Shown piece after piece: positions 1 to 10,159 of a DNA stretch of 64,000 nucleotides (position 1 is the stretch's first letter; each line of letters opens with the position of its first letter). The DNA lies in contig JBMOPW010000007.1 in the NCBI GenBank assembly GCA_049322915.1, positions 116,236 to 180,235 on the forward strand, in the 5' to 3' direction. This stretch comes from Candidatus Zhuqueibacterota bacterium (GTDB lineage Bacteria > Zhuqueibacterota > Zhuqueibacteria > Thermofontimicrobiales > Thermofontimicrobiaceae). Made by a program: the position numbers and the translations under genes. The notes below the pieces were generated by a model. The model saw only the letters and a program-made list of their open reading frames with translations. It was not told the origin of the DNA and made no database searches.

Positions 1-237
1 ATTGGATCTTTGGTTCAAAAACAAACACATCGGACAATTGCAGTAGTTACGATTCCCATAGTGGATAATGAAATCACAACCGATTGAATGCAATTGTTCG
101 CACTCAAATAAATCCGTGTAACCGACTCTCTTGCTCGTGCCGTACAGACGATCGTGTAATGCCAAACACTTGAAATGATGGGGACACTTAATCTGACTTT
201 TTAGTTCTTCTAACTTTTGCTGATATAGTTCATCCAT
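1..237 (-). CDS. Small cysteine-rich hypothetical protein, 3' end runs off the window
   Basis: Manual translation MDELYQQKLEELKSQIKCPHHFKCLAL...ECEQLHSIGCDF...YCNCPMCLFLNQRSN is open to position 1. GGAGGT RBS upstream and a sigma70 promoter at 431-459. Not in the ORF track because no stop is in the window. Confidence 0.7.
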   Translation of the reverse strand, partial: MDELYQQKLEELKSQIKCPHHFKCLALHDRLYGTSKRVGYTDLFECEQLHSIGCDFIIHYGNRNYCNCPMCLFLNQRSN

Positions 238-430
238 GGGTTTACCTCCGAATACAAGATTTAAACCCACTCTTCGTAAGATATACTGTCAATGATGCGA
301 GGTTTGAGTTTTGAGTTGTCCCCCGATGTCTATCGAAATTCCCGTTTTACTGTTTAGCTGTAGACAACTCCCAGGATTCGATTTGTCTGGATCCCTTCAA
401 TATAATATTTTCTTCAAATATGCCCATCTC

Positions 431-459
431 AGTATAATGAATGAAATGGGTTGTGTCAA
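431..459 (-). promoter_or_regulatory. Sigma70-type promoter for the Cys-rich gene
   Basis: Minus strand reads TTGACA-17 nt-TATACT. Confidence 0.7.
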
Positions 460-917
460 GGGAAAAATTAGTAATTTTAATAAATTTTCCATCGAGGCAA
501 AAATTCGGACTGACATCTGCCACAGAATAAGTAATTAATTGATGCTATCGTATTTCTGAGAATTTGTATTTTTGAGAAAAGGTGGAGAGTAATCCGATGA
601 AAACAGCTTTGTCAACTGATTGCTTCGCTTTTATCGACATTAATAAAATGCGCGAAAGATTTCTCCTTCACACCTTAACTCCGAACAGCAGCGCTGCTTC
701 AAACAGAACGACTAGTGGATAATCTTCCATTGGTGCATATTGTGAAGGTTGGTTCACTTACGTGTCCCTATGAAATACCGGTAGCGAGCGGAGAATGGCT
801 ACGCACTGGATAGCCTTTGCCGATGATTATTGGTTGGATGAAAAAAATCGCTTGCTCACTTCACTCGTAGCCATTGGAATGTGGGTCGGAGTGAAGCTGA
901 TTCAGAACAGGTCGATG

Positions 918-1142
918 TTAAAAAATACTGCGCACCAGCAGTAAAACGCCCAGTAGCACTAACGGAATTCCTACGGGCGCAGCGATTACGGTGAAAATCA
1001 GAATAGCTCCGATTATTGTCAGTACCAGCCCGATGATACAGGCGACGAGTCGGCCTGTCATGGTGAAAATTGCAGTCAATAAATCTGCGAAGATTTTGAA
1101 TGGCCAGAGAATCCACGGCGTCCTGGCTTGATTGGGCTCCAT
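918..1142 (-). CDS. Small membrane protein (74 aa, about 2 TM helices)
   Basis: Strongly hydrophobic ORF (VACIIGLVLTIIGAILIFTVIAAPVGIPLVLLGVLLLV); AGAGGT RBS upstream. Confidence 0.7.
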   Translation of the reverse strand: MEPNQARTPWILWPFKIFADLLTAIFTMTGRLVACIIGLVLTIIGAILIFTVIAAPVGIPLVLLGVLLLVRSIF

Positions 1143-1409
1143 TTTTTTACCTCTGATTTAGATTTCGCTGGATGAAGATTGGCTGATGAATAGTCATTGA
1201 ATTCAGATGAAAATACGGGAATCACTTTTAAAAGTTGCCTTGATCTTTTCACACGAAAAACATAAAAAAAAACTATGAATTTTCTTCTCAAGTTATTATA
1301 TTGGGACGCTCATTTTTTCAAAAAAACAAGAGTCACATGTCCGGTGTTCGCGGATTCAATCATGGGAGAGAATGAAGAGTGCGTACTCAGAATTCATGGA
1401 GTTGATATT

Positions 1410-2438
1410 ATGAATGAAATGAATGGGCCAGCAGGTCCGATAAAGTCGACGGAGGAACTGGTTGCACAGATGACGACTCCGTCCCAATCTGTCCGGGATG
1501 CCGTTTCAGCGATTGGTCGGAAGGTGATGATTTTGGGCGTCGGCGGAAAGATGGGACCCAGCCTGGCCGAGTTAATTGTCAAAGCCGGCGGCGCTGTCAT
1601 CGGCGTGGATGTTTTTCCCGATGCCGGAGTGAAGTCCTATCTGGATAAAGTGGGGGTGACGACGATTCAGATGGACCTGTTCGATTCCGCAGAATTGGCG
1701 CGCCTGCCGGAGATGGAACATGTCATCATCATGGCCGGGACGAAATTTGGCTCGTCAGAAAATACACAATTCACCTGGGCCATGAATTCCTACCTGCCCG
1801 GCAAAATAATGGAGAATTTCACCCGCTCAAAAGTCATTTACATTTCATCCGGCAATGTGTATAAATTTACATCCGTTGAATCGAACGGGGCGACTGAAAT
1901 TTCCGATGTCGAACCGATAGGGGAATATGCCATGTCGCGTCTGGGCGGCGAGCGCATTGTGGAATACCAGGCGCGCCGGCATGCCATCCCGTCCTGCATC
2001 ATCCGATTGTTTTACGCAACGGAATTGCGCTACGGAGTCATTCACGACATCGCCGTGAAGGTTAAAAACGGTGAGACTCTGGATGTGAGCATGGGGCATT
2101 TCAATCAGATCTGGCAGGGAGACGCCAATGCCTATATCGTGAAAGCATTTTCGCTGTGCCAGACGCCGGCAAAAGTGATCAACCTGACCGGGCCGGATGT
2201 GCTTTCGGTTCGCGATATCGCCACTCGGTTGGGACAACTCATGGGGATGACGCCGAAATTCCGGGGAACGGAGAGTCCCACCGCCTTGTTGGGCGATGCT
2301 TCAGAGATGGCGGCGACGTTCGGCAAACCCGCCATTTCTCCGGATCAGATCATGGAATGGGTCGCCTGGTGGGTACAACATGACGGCGAAAGCCTGGGCA
2401 AACCTACCAAATTCGAGAAACGAAACGGAAAGTTTTGA
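1410..2438 (+). CDS. NAD-dependent epimerase/dehydratase family protein
   Basis: GVGGKMG Rossmann motif, ISSGNVY, YAMSR (YxxxK-like). Start moved from 1275 to the ATG at 1410, which follows GGAG. Confidence 0.85.
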   Translation: MNEMNGPAGPIKSTEELVAQMTTPSQSVRDAVSAIGRKVMILGVGGKMGPSLAELIVKAGGAVIGVDVFPDAGVKSYLDKVGVTTIQMDLFDSAELARLPEMEHVIIMAGTKFGSSENTQFTWAMNSYLPGKIMENFTRSKVIYISSGNVYKFTSVESNGATEISDVEPIGEYAMSRLGGERIVEYQARRHAIPSCIIRLFYATELRYGVIHDIAVKVKNGETLDVSMGHFNQIWQGDANAYIVKAFSLCQTPAKVINLTGPDVLSVRDIATRLGQLMGMTPKFRGTESPTALLGDASEMAATFGKPAISPDQIMEWVAWWVQHDGESLGKPTKFEKRNGKF

Positions 2439-2464
2439 ACCGGATTTCAGCATAGGAATGTAGC

Positions 2465-3523
2465 ATGAAGAGAATCAAAGTTGCAATTGTCGGACTGCGC
2501 CATCTGCACCCGCGGTCGTACATGGCTCATTTTGCTGTGATGCCCGAGATTGAAGTCGTTGCCGTCGCTGAGGGCGATAAATCGCTGCGCGCGCAATTCG
2601 CCGGGGAGTTCAATCTGCGCGACTATCCGAACTGGCGGGAACTGTTCGAAAACGAGTCGCTGGATCTGGCTGCGATTTTCCTGCCGCATGTTGACTGCCC
2701 GGATGCGGCAAAGGCCGCGATTGAGAAGAATATTCATGTGCTCATTGAAAAACCGATGACAGCGGATTCCGGGAGCGCGCGGCAGGTGGTCGATCTGGCC
2801 GATGAAAAGCAGATTAAAGTCACAACGCCTTACGTGTGGCGATATCATCCGGTGGTGAGGGAGATAAAAGGACTGCTGGATTCAGGCGCGCTGGGCGAGA
2901 TCATCGGTTGCACCGGCCGATGCGCCGCCGGCCGACTCCACCGCTACATCGATGGCCACGCTGAATGGATGCTCGATGCGAAGAAAAGCGGGGGCGGCCC
3001 GATGTACAATCTGGGCGTGCACTGGATCGACCTGTTCCTCTGGCTGCTACAGGACAAAGTGATCGCCGTGTCCGGCAAGAATATGAAAATCAATGAGCAT
3101 TACAATATCGAAGACAATTCGTTCTCCATTCTGACCTTCCGAAGCGGCGCGGTCCTGATGCTGGATGTCTGCTACACCGTGCCGGCGTCGTTTCCTCATG
3201 GCCGGGATTTGTTCATCAGCATTCGCGGGACAAAGGGCGTTTTGAGCTGGGCCCCGGCGTATGAAGGCGAGAAGGACGAACTTTTCATTTGCAGCGATGC
3301 GGATGAATTCAGGGGAGCGCCGGTTCAGAGGCGCAGTTACGAAATGACGCCCGCCCCGGGCTACTCGGGAATCATGGGCTTGCTGTACCTCAAGGATGTG
3401 GCGCACTCCATTTTGAACAATACGCCTGCGCCGATTCCCGGCAGGGATGGGGTACTGGTTCTCGAAATTGTCGAGGCCATTTATCAATCATCGCTCGATG
3501 GCATTGTGGTCGAATTGTGGTAA
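2465..3523 (+). CDS. Gfo/Idh/MocA family oxidoreductase
   Basis: KVAIVG N-terminus, HVLIEKP motif, SGGGPMYNLGVHWID. Confidence 0.9.
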   Translation: MKRIKVAIVGLRHLHPRSYMAHFAVMPEIEVVAVAEGDKSLRAQFAGEFNLRDYPNWRELFENESLDLAAIFLPHVDCPDAAKAAIEKNIHVLIEKPMTADSGSARQVVDLADEKQIKVTTPYVWRYHPVVREIKGLLDSGALGEIIGCTGRCAAGRLHRYIDGHAEWMLDAKKSGGGPMYNLGVHWIDLFLWLLQDKVIAVSGKNMKINEHYNIEDNSFSILTFRSGAVLMLDVCYTVPASFPHGRDLFISIRGTKGVLSWAPAYEGEKDELFICSDADEFRGAPVQRRSYEMTPAPGYSGIMGLLYLKDVAHSILNNTPAPIPGRDGVLVLEIVEAIYQSSLDGIVVELW

Positions 3524-3646
3524 CGGATTCCCGACCCATCGCTCCAGCCGATGCGGTTCAGATTCAATTTTGACTGAGTGAAAATTCAAACTGACAGGAA
3601 CGGTGCAGCAGAACAGGTAGTTACCGGTATCAAAAGGAGTGGAACC

Positions 3647-5251
3647 ATGAATGAAATAAAATACATCGACTGCCACGCTTCTCTGGGCAAATGGGCGAAC
3701 ATGGATGCTGCTGCGCCGTTCACCGCGGAACGCATGCTGGCGGACATGGAGCGCTGCGGGATTCACGGCGCGTTGGTCTATCACAATTTTGCCAAAGAGC
3801 TGCAACCCTCGGTGGGCAATGAAAAAATTTTGGAAATATGTCGACAGCATCCGCGGCTGATTCCCTGCTGGGTCACCCTGCCGGACGTGAGCGGTCAGGC
3901 GCCGGAGGGCTTACAATTTGTCCGCGATATGGAGGACAATGGCGTCAGGGCGGTGAAGCTGTTCCCCCGTCTGCATCGTTATGCGCTGGACAAGCGCACC
4001 ATCGGTTCGCTGCTCAATCCATTGCAGGAAGCGGGAATTCCCGTGCTCATCGATTGTGGCATGTTTTTGCCTGAACTGGAGCAAATTCGCTGGGAAGAAA
4101 TAGCGCCCCTGAGCACGGATTTCCCCTACCTGAACGTCATCCTTCACAATGTGCGCTGGGAGGCGATTCGGTATTTTGTGCCGCTGCTGCGCGACTTCCC
4201 CCACTTGCATCTGGAGTTTTCCTCGTGTCAGGGTAACCGCTATTTCGAATTCCTGATTGAGAAAGTCGGATCCGATCAACTATTATTCGGAACGGCGATG
4301 ATGCAAAAAAGTCCCGGGGCTGCAAAGGCTTTCGTCGACTATTCAGAAATGAGCGAGGACGACCGCAGGAAAATCGCCGGCGGAAATCTGATGCGACTGC
4401 TGAAACTGGACGCGGCGCCGGCGGATTATCCCGCCGTTGAAATTTCGGACAAAATTTTATGGAAGGCCAGAAACGCCGCGCCGATTGACGACATGGTTGT
4501 GATCGACTCCCACGCGCATTTCACTGAAAAGGGTCGCTACGACATCGTCGATGGGCTGATGGGCAAATCCGACGCCGCCGGTATGATCGAGCGGAACCAG
4601 CGCATCGGCGTGGCCATCACCTGCGCCAGCCCGTGGAATGGGATCGCTGGCCAATTCGAGTCCGGCAACGAGAGCACGAAACAGGCCATCCGGGATTTCC
4701 CGCAGCGATTCATCGGCTACGCCACATTCGATCCGCGATTTGTGACCGATTGGCCAGGGGAATTGAAACGCTGCTACGAGGACTACGGGATGAAAGGCAT
4801 GAAACCCTATTATCCGCGCAACGGCGTTCCGTACAATGATCCCTTGTATGAACCCTGGTTTCGATACGGGAACGACCATCATCTGTTCGCGCTGATGCAC
4901 ATGTCCGACAGGTTCATTCGGGAAATGGAAGATTTGGCGCCGAAGTACCCGGAAATATCGTTCATTTTAGCCCATTCCGGTTGGACCTGGAAAGTCGCCC
5001 GCGAACATAGCACGCTGGCGAAGAAGTATAAAAATGTGTTCTGCGAAATTACATTCACTGCGGTCACGAACGGCATCATCGAATATCTGGTTCAGGAAGT
5101 CGGTTCCGCGAAGGTGCTTTACGGTTCCGACACCGTCATGCGCGATCCCATCCCGCAGTTCGGTTGGGTTGTCTACGCTGATATGCCCGAGGAAGATAAG
5201 CGCAATATCCTGGGCCGGAACATGCAGAAGATCATCGACCGCTGTTTGTAA
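3647..5251 (+). CDS. Amidohydrolase with two tandem Amidohydro_2-type TIM barrels
   Basis: Two repeats, IDCHA...LLFGT...IAGGNL and IDSHAH...VLYGSD...ILGRNM. AAGGAG RBS before the ATG at 3647. Confidence 0.85.
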   Translation: MNEIKYIDCHASLGKWANMDAAAPFTAERMLADMERCGIHGALVYHNFAKELQPSVGNEKILEICRQHPRLIPCWVTLPDVSGQAPEGLQFVRDMEDNGVRAVKLFPRLHRYALDKRTIGSLLNPLQEAGIPVLIDCGMFLPELEQIRWEEIAPLSTDFPYLNVILHNVRWEAIRYFVPLLRDFPHLHLEFSSCQGNRYFEFLIEKVGSDQLLFGTAMMQKSPGAAKAFVDYSEMSEDDRRKIAGGNLMRLLKLDAAPADYPAVEISDKILWKARNAAPIDDMVVIDSHAHFTEKGRYDIVDGLMGKSDAAGMIERNQRIGVAITCASPWNGIAGQFESGNESTKQAIRDFPQRFIGYATFDPRFVTDWPGELKRCYEDYGMKGMKPYYPRNGVPYNDPLYEPWFRYGNDHHLFALMHMSDRFIREMEDLAPKYPEISFILAHSGWTWKVAREHSTLAKKYKNVFCEITFTAVTNGIIEYLVQEVGSAKVLYGSDTVMRDPIPQFGWVVYADMPEEDKRNILGRNMQKIIDRCL

Positions 5252-5337
5252 CCGAGCGCGAAGCACGAGGCAGCACCACTCGACTAATGGTATGAAGTGT
5301 GTCCTGAACTTATTCAGCTTGAAAAGGAGTGAGAATC

Positions 5338-7359
5338 ATGGTATCACGTCGTGATTTTTTTAGACTGTCCGGTTTCATCTCAGGGCTACTGCTTATCAGT
5401 CCTGAAACCTTTGCCCGCATTCTCATGAAGGAGGAGCGAGAGAACCTGAATGTGCTGTTTGATCCATCCCAGATACCCGAGCTGAAACAGCGCCTGCAAT
5501 TACCGCTGTTCAAGCCTTTCTGGGACAGCCTGATCAACGCCGATTTGAAGGGCGATGAGAAATTTCTGAAGGAGGAAATTCAGTTCAATAACCAACTCAG
5601 GCATTTGCCCCGCGCCGATGATATTCTTCAACGCGAAGCCTTTGTCTATGCCATGACCGGCAAGAAGAAGCGCGGCAAATTGGCCCGATTGGCGCTGGAG
5701 AAAGTGTTGCAATTCGAGAAATGGGATTATTTTTTAGAAGCCCGGAAGGACGTCATCGGATTGCAGCGGGCGCCGTACACCACCCAGTCCATCGTCATCG
5801 CTTACCCAATGATCGAAAATTTATTATCCAAAGATGTGAAACGGGAGGTCTTCGCGCAATTGCCGGAAAAAGGATGCATGCCGTGCTATCGCAGTTTGTG
5901 GGGCATGCTGAACAAGGAAAAGGTCGTCGGCTGGGGATTTGACCCGGCAAGCACTTTCTTCGAGGAGCGCGATTTCCGGCGTTGGCCCTGGATTCTCTCC
6001 CGCACCAATCTCCGCGCCGTCCCCATGAGCGCGCTGACGCTGGGCGCCCAGTTTCTGGAAGGGAAAGACGAACGCACTGCGGAATGGATGCAGGTGGTCA
6101 AACAGAGCTATGATGAATTTTTCAATATGTTCGAGAAAGATGGCAGTTACAATGAAGGCACCGGCTATTGCAATTACACGAGCAGCGAGTTGATCCTGAT
6201 GCTGGAAGTGCTGAGGCGTCGCAAGGATGAAAATTGGTCCAAAGTCATCAACTGGAACGGGGTGATGGATTTCTTTTTGATGACGCGAATGCCCTCGGAA
6301 CAGCACCCGGAAGGTCACGTGAATTTCGGCGATGGCGGCAGCGGCTTTTTCTCGGATGTCGGTTACTGGGTCGCCGGCACGTACCGCAATCATGCTGCCC
6401 AGTACGCGGCCGAACACCACGCCCAGAAGGATCGTATCTTCTCAGTCATCTGGTACAACCCGGCCGTCGCTGCAAAACTGCCGAAGAACGACTGGTACTA
6501 TCGTGAATTCGATATCGGCTGGGTGGTCGCCAGCACCGGTTTTGAAAAAGATGATTTCGTCGCGGCGCTCCGCAGCGGCGGGCCGGCGAATCACGAACAC
6601 GCCGATCGCAATACCTTCATCCTGAAATGCTACGCGGAGAATCTGCTGGTGGATCAGTGGCATCCGCCGTATGATAACAAAAATCCCGGCTGGCCGCTGC
6701 GAACGTCGCCGGCGCACAATACCGTGCTGATCGACGGCAAAGGGCATCAGTATCATGACGGCGCGGAGGGGACGAACTCTTCCCTGGCGGCGGCCAAAAT
6801 TGTGAAGTCGAAGAAGGAGAATAGTTTTGCCTACGTCATCAGCGACGCCACTCAGGCGTACCATCTGGTCGATGACAATGTGAAAAATGTCAATCGCACC
6901 TGTGTGGTCATTCCCCGCATGAAATTTGCCGTGATTGTGGACTGCCTGGAGACCAATGCCCGGCCAGCAGAGTTTTCCGCGCGCTGGTTCGTGGAGAACT
7001 CCGACGGGAAGGGCACGATCACTATCAGCGGCAACACCTTCGAGTTTCAGAGGCCCGGGGCAAAACTGTTCGGCGTCTGCGCCGGCACCCTCGGCGCTGC
7101 CATGAGCCAGTCGACATTCCCTGTCCCGGTGGAATCCGGCGTGTATCCCTATCTGGATGTGCGCTCGGAAAAGCCGGGGAACAGCGTCATGCTCATCACG
7201 GCAGTGGCGGCGCTGCAGCTCGATCAGGAGAGGCCGGATATGGAGATTCGCTTCAATGGCAAAAATTGGGTGGTGACCACAGATCTCGCCGGCCGCGAGG
7301 CAAAAGTGATCATTCTGCCGCAAGAAGCGCATCCTGAAATTTTGGTGCGAATTCTGTGA
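5338..7359 (+). CDS. Tat-exported heparinase II/III-like (oligosaccharide lyase-type) protein
   Basis: SRRDFF twin-arginine signal; DGSYNEGTGY, NFGDG, HEHADRN and AHNTVLIDG motifs typical of Hepar_II_III proteins. Confidence 0.8.
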   Translation: MVSRRDFFRLSGFISGLLLISPETFARILMKEERENLNVLFDPSQIPELKQRLQLPLFKPFWDSLINADLKGDEKFLKEEIQFNNQLRHLPRADDILQREAFVYAMTGKKKRGKLARLALEKVLQFEKWDYFLEARKDVIGLQRAPYTTQSIVIAYPMIENLLSKDVKREVFAQLPEKGCMPCYRSLWGMLNKEKVVGWGFDPASTFFEERDFRRWPWILSRTNLRAVPMSALTLGAQFLEGKDERTAEWMQVVKQSYDEFFNMFEKDGSYNEGTGYCNYTSSELILMLEVLRRRKDENWSKVINWNGVMDFFLMTRMPSEQHPEGHVNFGDGGSGFFSDVGYWVAGTYRNHAAQYAAEHHAQKDRIFSVIWYNPAVAAKLPKNDWYYREFDIGWVVASTGFEKDDFVAALRSGGPANHEHADRNTFILKCYAENLLVDQWHPPYDNKNPGWPLRTSPAHNTVLIDGKGHQYHDGAEGTNSSLAAAKIVKSKKENSFAYVISDATQAYHLVDDNVKNVNRTCVVIPRMKFAVIVDCLETNARPAEFSARWFVENSDGKGTITISGNTFEFQRPGAKLFGVCAGTLGAAMSQSTFPVPVESGVYPYLDVRSEKPGNSVMLITAVAALQLDQERPDMEIRFNGKNWVVTTDLAGREAKVIILPQEAHPEILVRIL

Positions 7360-7518
7360 TGTGAAGCGCGACGCGGCTCGTCTGACTGCGGTTCAGCCAG
7401 TGACAACCAATCCTGTCAGAATAGCCGCCGGCGCATTTCGCAGAAAACCGATTGAACAACGATGGCTCGACATAGATTTACTGAGCCCGCGACGAACACC
7501 AAGTGCAAAGGAATACCA

Positions 7519-8754
7519 ATGCTGAATCTGGAAAAATCAAAGAAGTTGCACGCGCGCGCGTTGGAGATAATTCCCGGTGGAACCAACACCAACGCCAAGC
7601 GGATCGACAATCTCCTCAATGCGGATTTTTTTCCGGCTTATCTGGAACGGGGCGAGGGCGCTTACGTCTGGGATCTGGATGGCAACCGCTACATCGATTA
7701 TATCGCGTCCCTGGCGCCCATCGTCATAGGCCATCAGGAGCCGCGAATCATCGCCCGGCTGAAAAAGCAGTTGGACAAGGGCTCTCTTTTTTCGCTGCCG
7801 AGTTCCAATGAAGTGAAGCTGAGCGAATTATTGATCGAAAAAATTCCCTGCGCCGAGATGGTGAAAATTATGAAGACCGGCGCGGAAGTTACCTCGGCCG
7901 CAGTGCGCGCAGCGCGGTTCGCCACGGGCAGGGATAAAATTCTGAGCTGCGAATATCACGGTTGGCACGACTGGTGGTCGGCCAAACTCGGCTACCCAGG
8001 CATTCCGCAAAGCTATCGGGATCTGATTCGGGATTTTAGATTCAATGATTTCGAACAGTTGAAAAAGCAGGTCAGCGAACTGGATGGCGAGGTGGCCTGC
8101 ATTGTTCTCACCGCCGCATCCTACGGGGTTGAACCTGAAAATGACTTTCTGCCGCGCATCAGAAAATTGTGCGATGATGAAGGCATTGTCCTCATCTTCG
8201 ATGAAATCATCACCGGTTTCCGCTGGGCCACCGGCGGCGCACAGGAAAAATATGGCGTGACCCCGGATCTGGCGGCGTTCGGCAAGGCCATGGCCAATGG
8301 AATGCCCATTGCCGCGCTCGTCGGCAGGAAAGAAATTATGTCAGGTCTCAAGGACACGCTGGTTACGTCCACATTTGCCAGTGAGGCGCTGTCCATCGAA
8401 GCCGCGCTGGAGACAATTCACATCATCGAGGAAGATCACATCATCGACAAGCTCTACGCCCATTCGAAAAGACTCCGCAGCGGCATCGGCGAGATCGCGG
8501 CCAAGCATCAGCTTGAAATCGATACCATGGCCCCCACGCCGGCGATCAAGTTCGAGTTCGCCGGACTGACCGATGCACTGAAGCGCACGGCCCAGTTTGA
8601 GCTCATCAAAGAAGCGGCGTCCAAAGGGATACTGCTGCGCAAGGACGGCAGCGGAGTTTCCCTGTGCGTGATAGCCGCGCTGAGCGCGGACGATATCGAC
8701 TATACCCTGGATGTGCTGGACGACGCGTTGGCCCTTGTGAGCAAGATGGTGTAA
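7519..8754 (+). CDS. Class III PLP aminotransferase (GSA-aminomutase-like)
   Basis: IPGG, WDLDGNRYIDY, YHGWHD, FDEIITGFR, PDLAAFGKAMANG (PLP lysine). Confidence 0.85.
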   Translation: MLNLEKSKKLHARALEIIPGGTNTNAKRIDNLLNADFFPAYLERGEGAYVWDLDGNRYIDYIASLAPIVIGHQEPRIIARLKKQLDKGSLFSLPSSNEVKLSELLIEKIPCAEMVKIMKTGAEVTSAAVRAARFATGRDKILSCEYHGWHDWWSAKLGYPGIPQSYRDLIRDFRFNDFEQLKKQVSELDGEVACIVLTAASYGVEPENDFLPRIRKLCDDEGIVLIFDEIITGFRWATGGAQEKYGVTPDLAAFGKAMANGMPIAALVGRKEIMSGLKDTLVTSTFASEALSIEAALETIHIIEEDHIIDKLYAHSKRLRSGIGEIAAKHQLEIDTMAPTPAIKFEFAGLTDALKRTAQFELIKEAASKGILLRKDGSGVSLCVIAALSADDIDYTLDVLDDALALVSKMV

Positions 8755-8842
8755 ATTATATCCGTCTCCGCGCGACGCAGACATTGATACAGGCGATGAC
8801 GTGAAAAAAATCTCAGTAACTTTATCGCCTCGAAGTCGCTAA

Positions 8843-9003
8843 CCTAAAATATTCATGAACTTGCTCAGAATTTGAGTCAACATTCAGATTTTCAACTAGC
8901 TAAATACTAAGCTATTTTGAAGCTCAGTTTTTGTACGTTTATTCTAAAAAGAGCACCATTCAGGTTAGCCAGCCTCCTTTAAAAATGCTATGAAAAATGC
9001 AGG
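8843..9003. mobile_element. MITE copy 1 (161 bp, non-autonomous, IS1380-like ends)
   Basis: TIRs CCTAAAATATTCAT...ATGAAAAATGCAGG flanked by a CTAA direct repeat (8839-8842 and 9004-9007). Inverted copy at 42092-42252, 11 mismatches by manual count. Confidence 0.85.
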
Positions 9004-9164
9004 CTAAGATATAAAGAATAAGTAGGTTCAAAAAATATAATTGTACTTAAATTTCTAAAATGGATTTTTATAATCGAAACAATTCAGGCAAGAATACATA
9101 CCTGAATAGTATGTCCGCGTGAAAACTCAGTGGAGCAAATTATAAACATAGAAGGAGAAACAAA

Positions 9165-10082
9165 TTGATCTTGAAAAATCAAAAAATCGTGCCGCATCTC
9201 TGGTACGATGAAGAGGCTAAAGAGGCAGCGCAGTTCTATTGCGCGGCTTTCCCTGATTCGGAAATCACGAGCGTCACGACCATGCGCGGAACGCCGGTTG
9301 GCGACAGTGATATTGTCTCGTTCTCGCTGGCCGGCCAGTTGTTCATGGCCATGAGCGCCGGCCCGTACTTCACCTTTAATCCGTCGGTGTCGTTCATGCT
9401 CAATTTTGATCCGTCGAAGGACAGCCGGGCGCGGGAAAACCTCGACGCGCTCTGGGACAAGCTTTCGCAGGGCGGCGTGGCGCTCATGCCGCTTGAGGAA
9501 TACCCATTCAGCAAGCGTTATGGCTGGATTCAGGACAAATACGGTCTCTCGTGGCAGCTTATTCTGACAAATCCGGAGGGCGATGAGCGACCGTTCATCA
9601 CGCCGTCGCTCCTGTTTGTCGGCGCAAACTGCGGTAAGACCGAAGAGGCGAGCGATCTCTACCTCTCAGTATTCGGGAATTCGAAGCGAGGGCTCATCGC
9701 ACGCTATCCCGGCGGCATGGAGCCGGACAAAGAAGGGACGGTCATGTTCACCGACTTCATGCTCCACGGCCAGTGGTTCTCGGCCATGGACAGCGCGCAT
9801 CCGCATCAGTTCAATTTCAACGAAGCTGTGTCATTCATCGTCAACTGCGACACCCAGGATGAAATCGATTATTACTGGAGCCGACTCTCAGCCGCGCCTG
9901 AAGCCGAGCAGTGCGGCTGGATCAAGGACAGGTACGGGTTGTCGTGGCAGATCGTGCCCGCTGCCCTGGATGAAATGATGCGGGATAACGATCCGGAGCG
10001 AGTGGATCGCGTGACGCAGGCTGTACTGAAAATGAAGAAGCTTGATCTCGCGGCGCTGCGACGGGTGTTCGACGCGAAGTGA
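9165..10082 (+). CDS. VOC/PhnB-like protein with two 3-demethylubiquinone-9 3-methyltransferase-type domains
   Basis: IVPHLWY...YGWIQDKYGLSWQL repeated as ITPSLLF...CGWIKDRYGLSWQIVP. AAGGAG RBS with TTG start. Confidence 0.9.
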   Translation: MILKNQKIVPHLWYDEEAKEAAQFYCAAFPDSEITSVTTMRGTPVGDSDIVSFSLAGQLFMAMSAGPYFTFNPSVSFMLNFDPSKDSRARENLDALWDKLSQGGVALMPLEEYPFSKRYGWIQDKYGLSWQLILTNPEGDERPFITPSLLFVGANCGKTEEASDLYLSVFGNSKRGLIARYPGGMEPDKEGTVMFTDFMLHGQWFSAMDSAHPHQFNFNEAVSFIVNCDTQDEIDYYWSRLSAAPEAEQCGWIKDRYGLSWQIVPAALDEMMRDNDPERVDRVTQAVLKMKKLDLAALRRVFDAK

Positions 10083-10159
10083 CAGCCATCGCCGGATCGC
10101 CGCTGACAGCGCATAGCGGGCGCATTGCCGTGATTAAAAACTGAATTTTTCAAAGGAGA

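Noticed and set aside
311..538. 75-aa + strand ORF
   Set aside because: TTG start with no RBS, no recognisable motif, and it overlaps the promoter and leader of the minus-strand gene.
7519..8754. Calling this gene hemL (and 11038-12132 hemE)
   Set aside because: Only family-level motifs and no tetrapyrrole gene context, so symbols are withheld.
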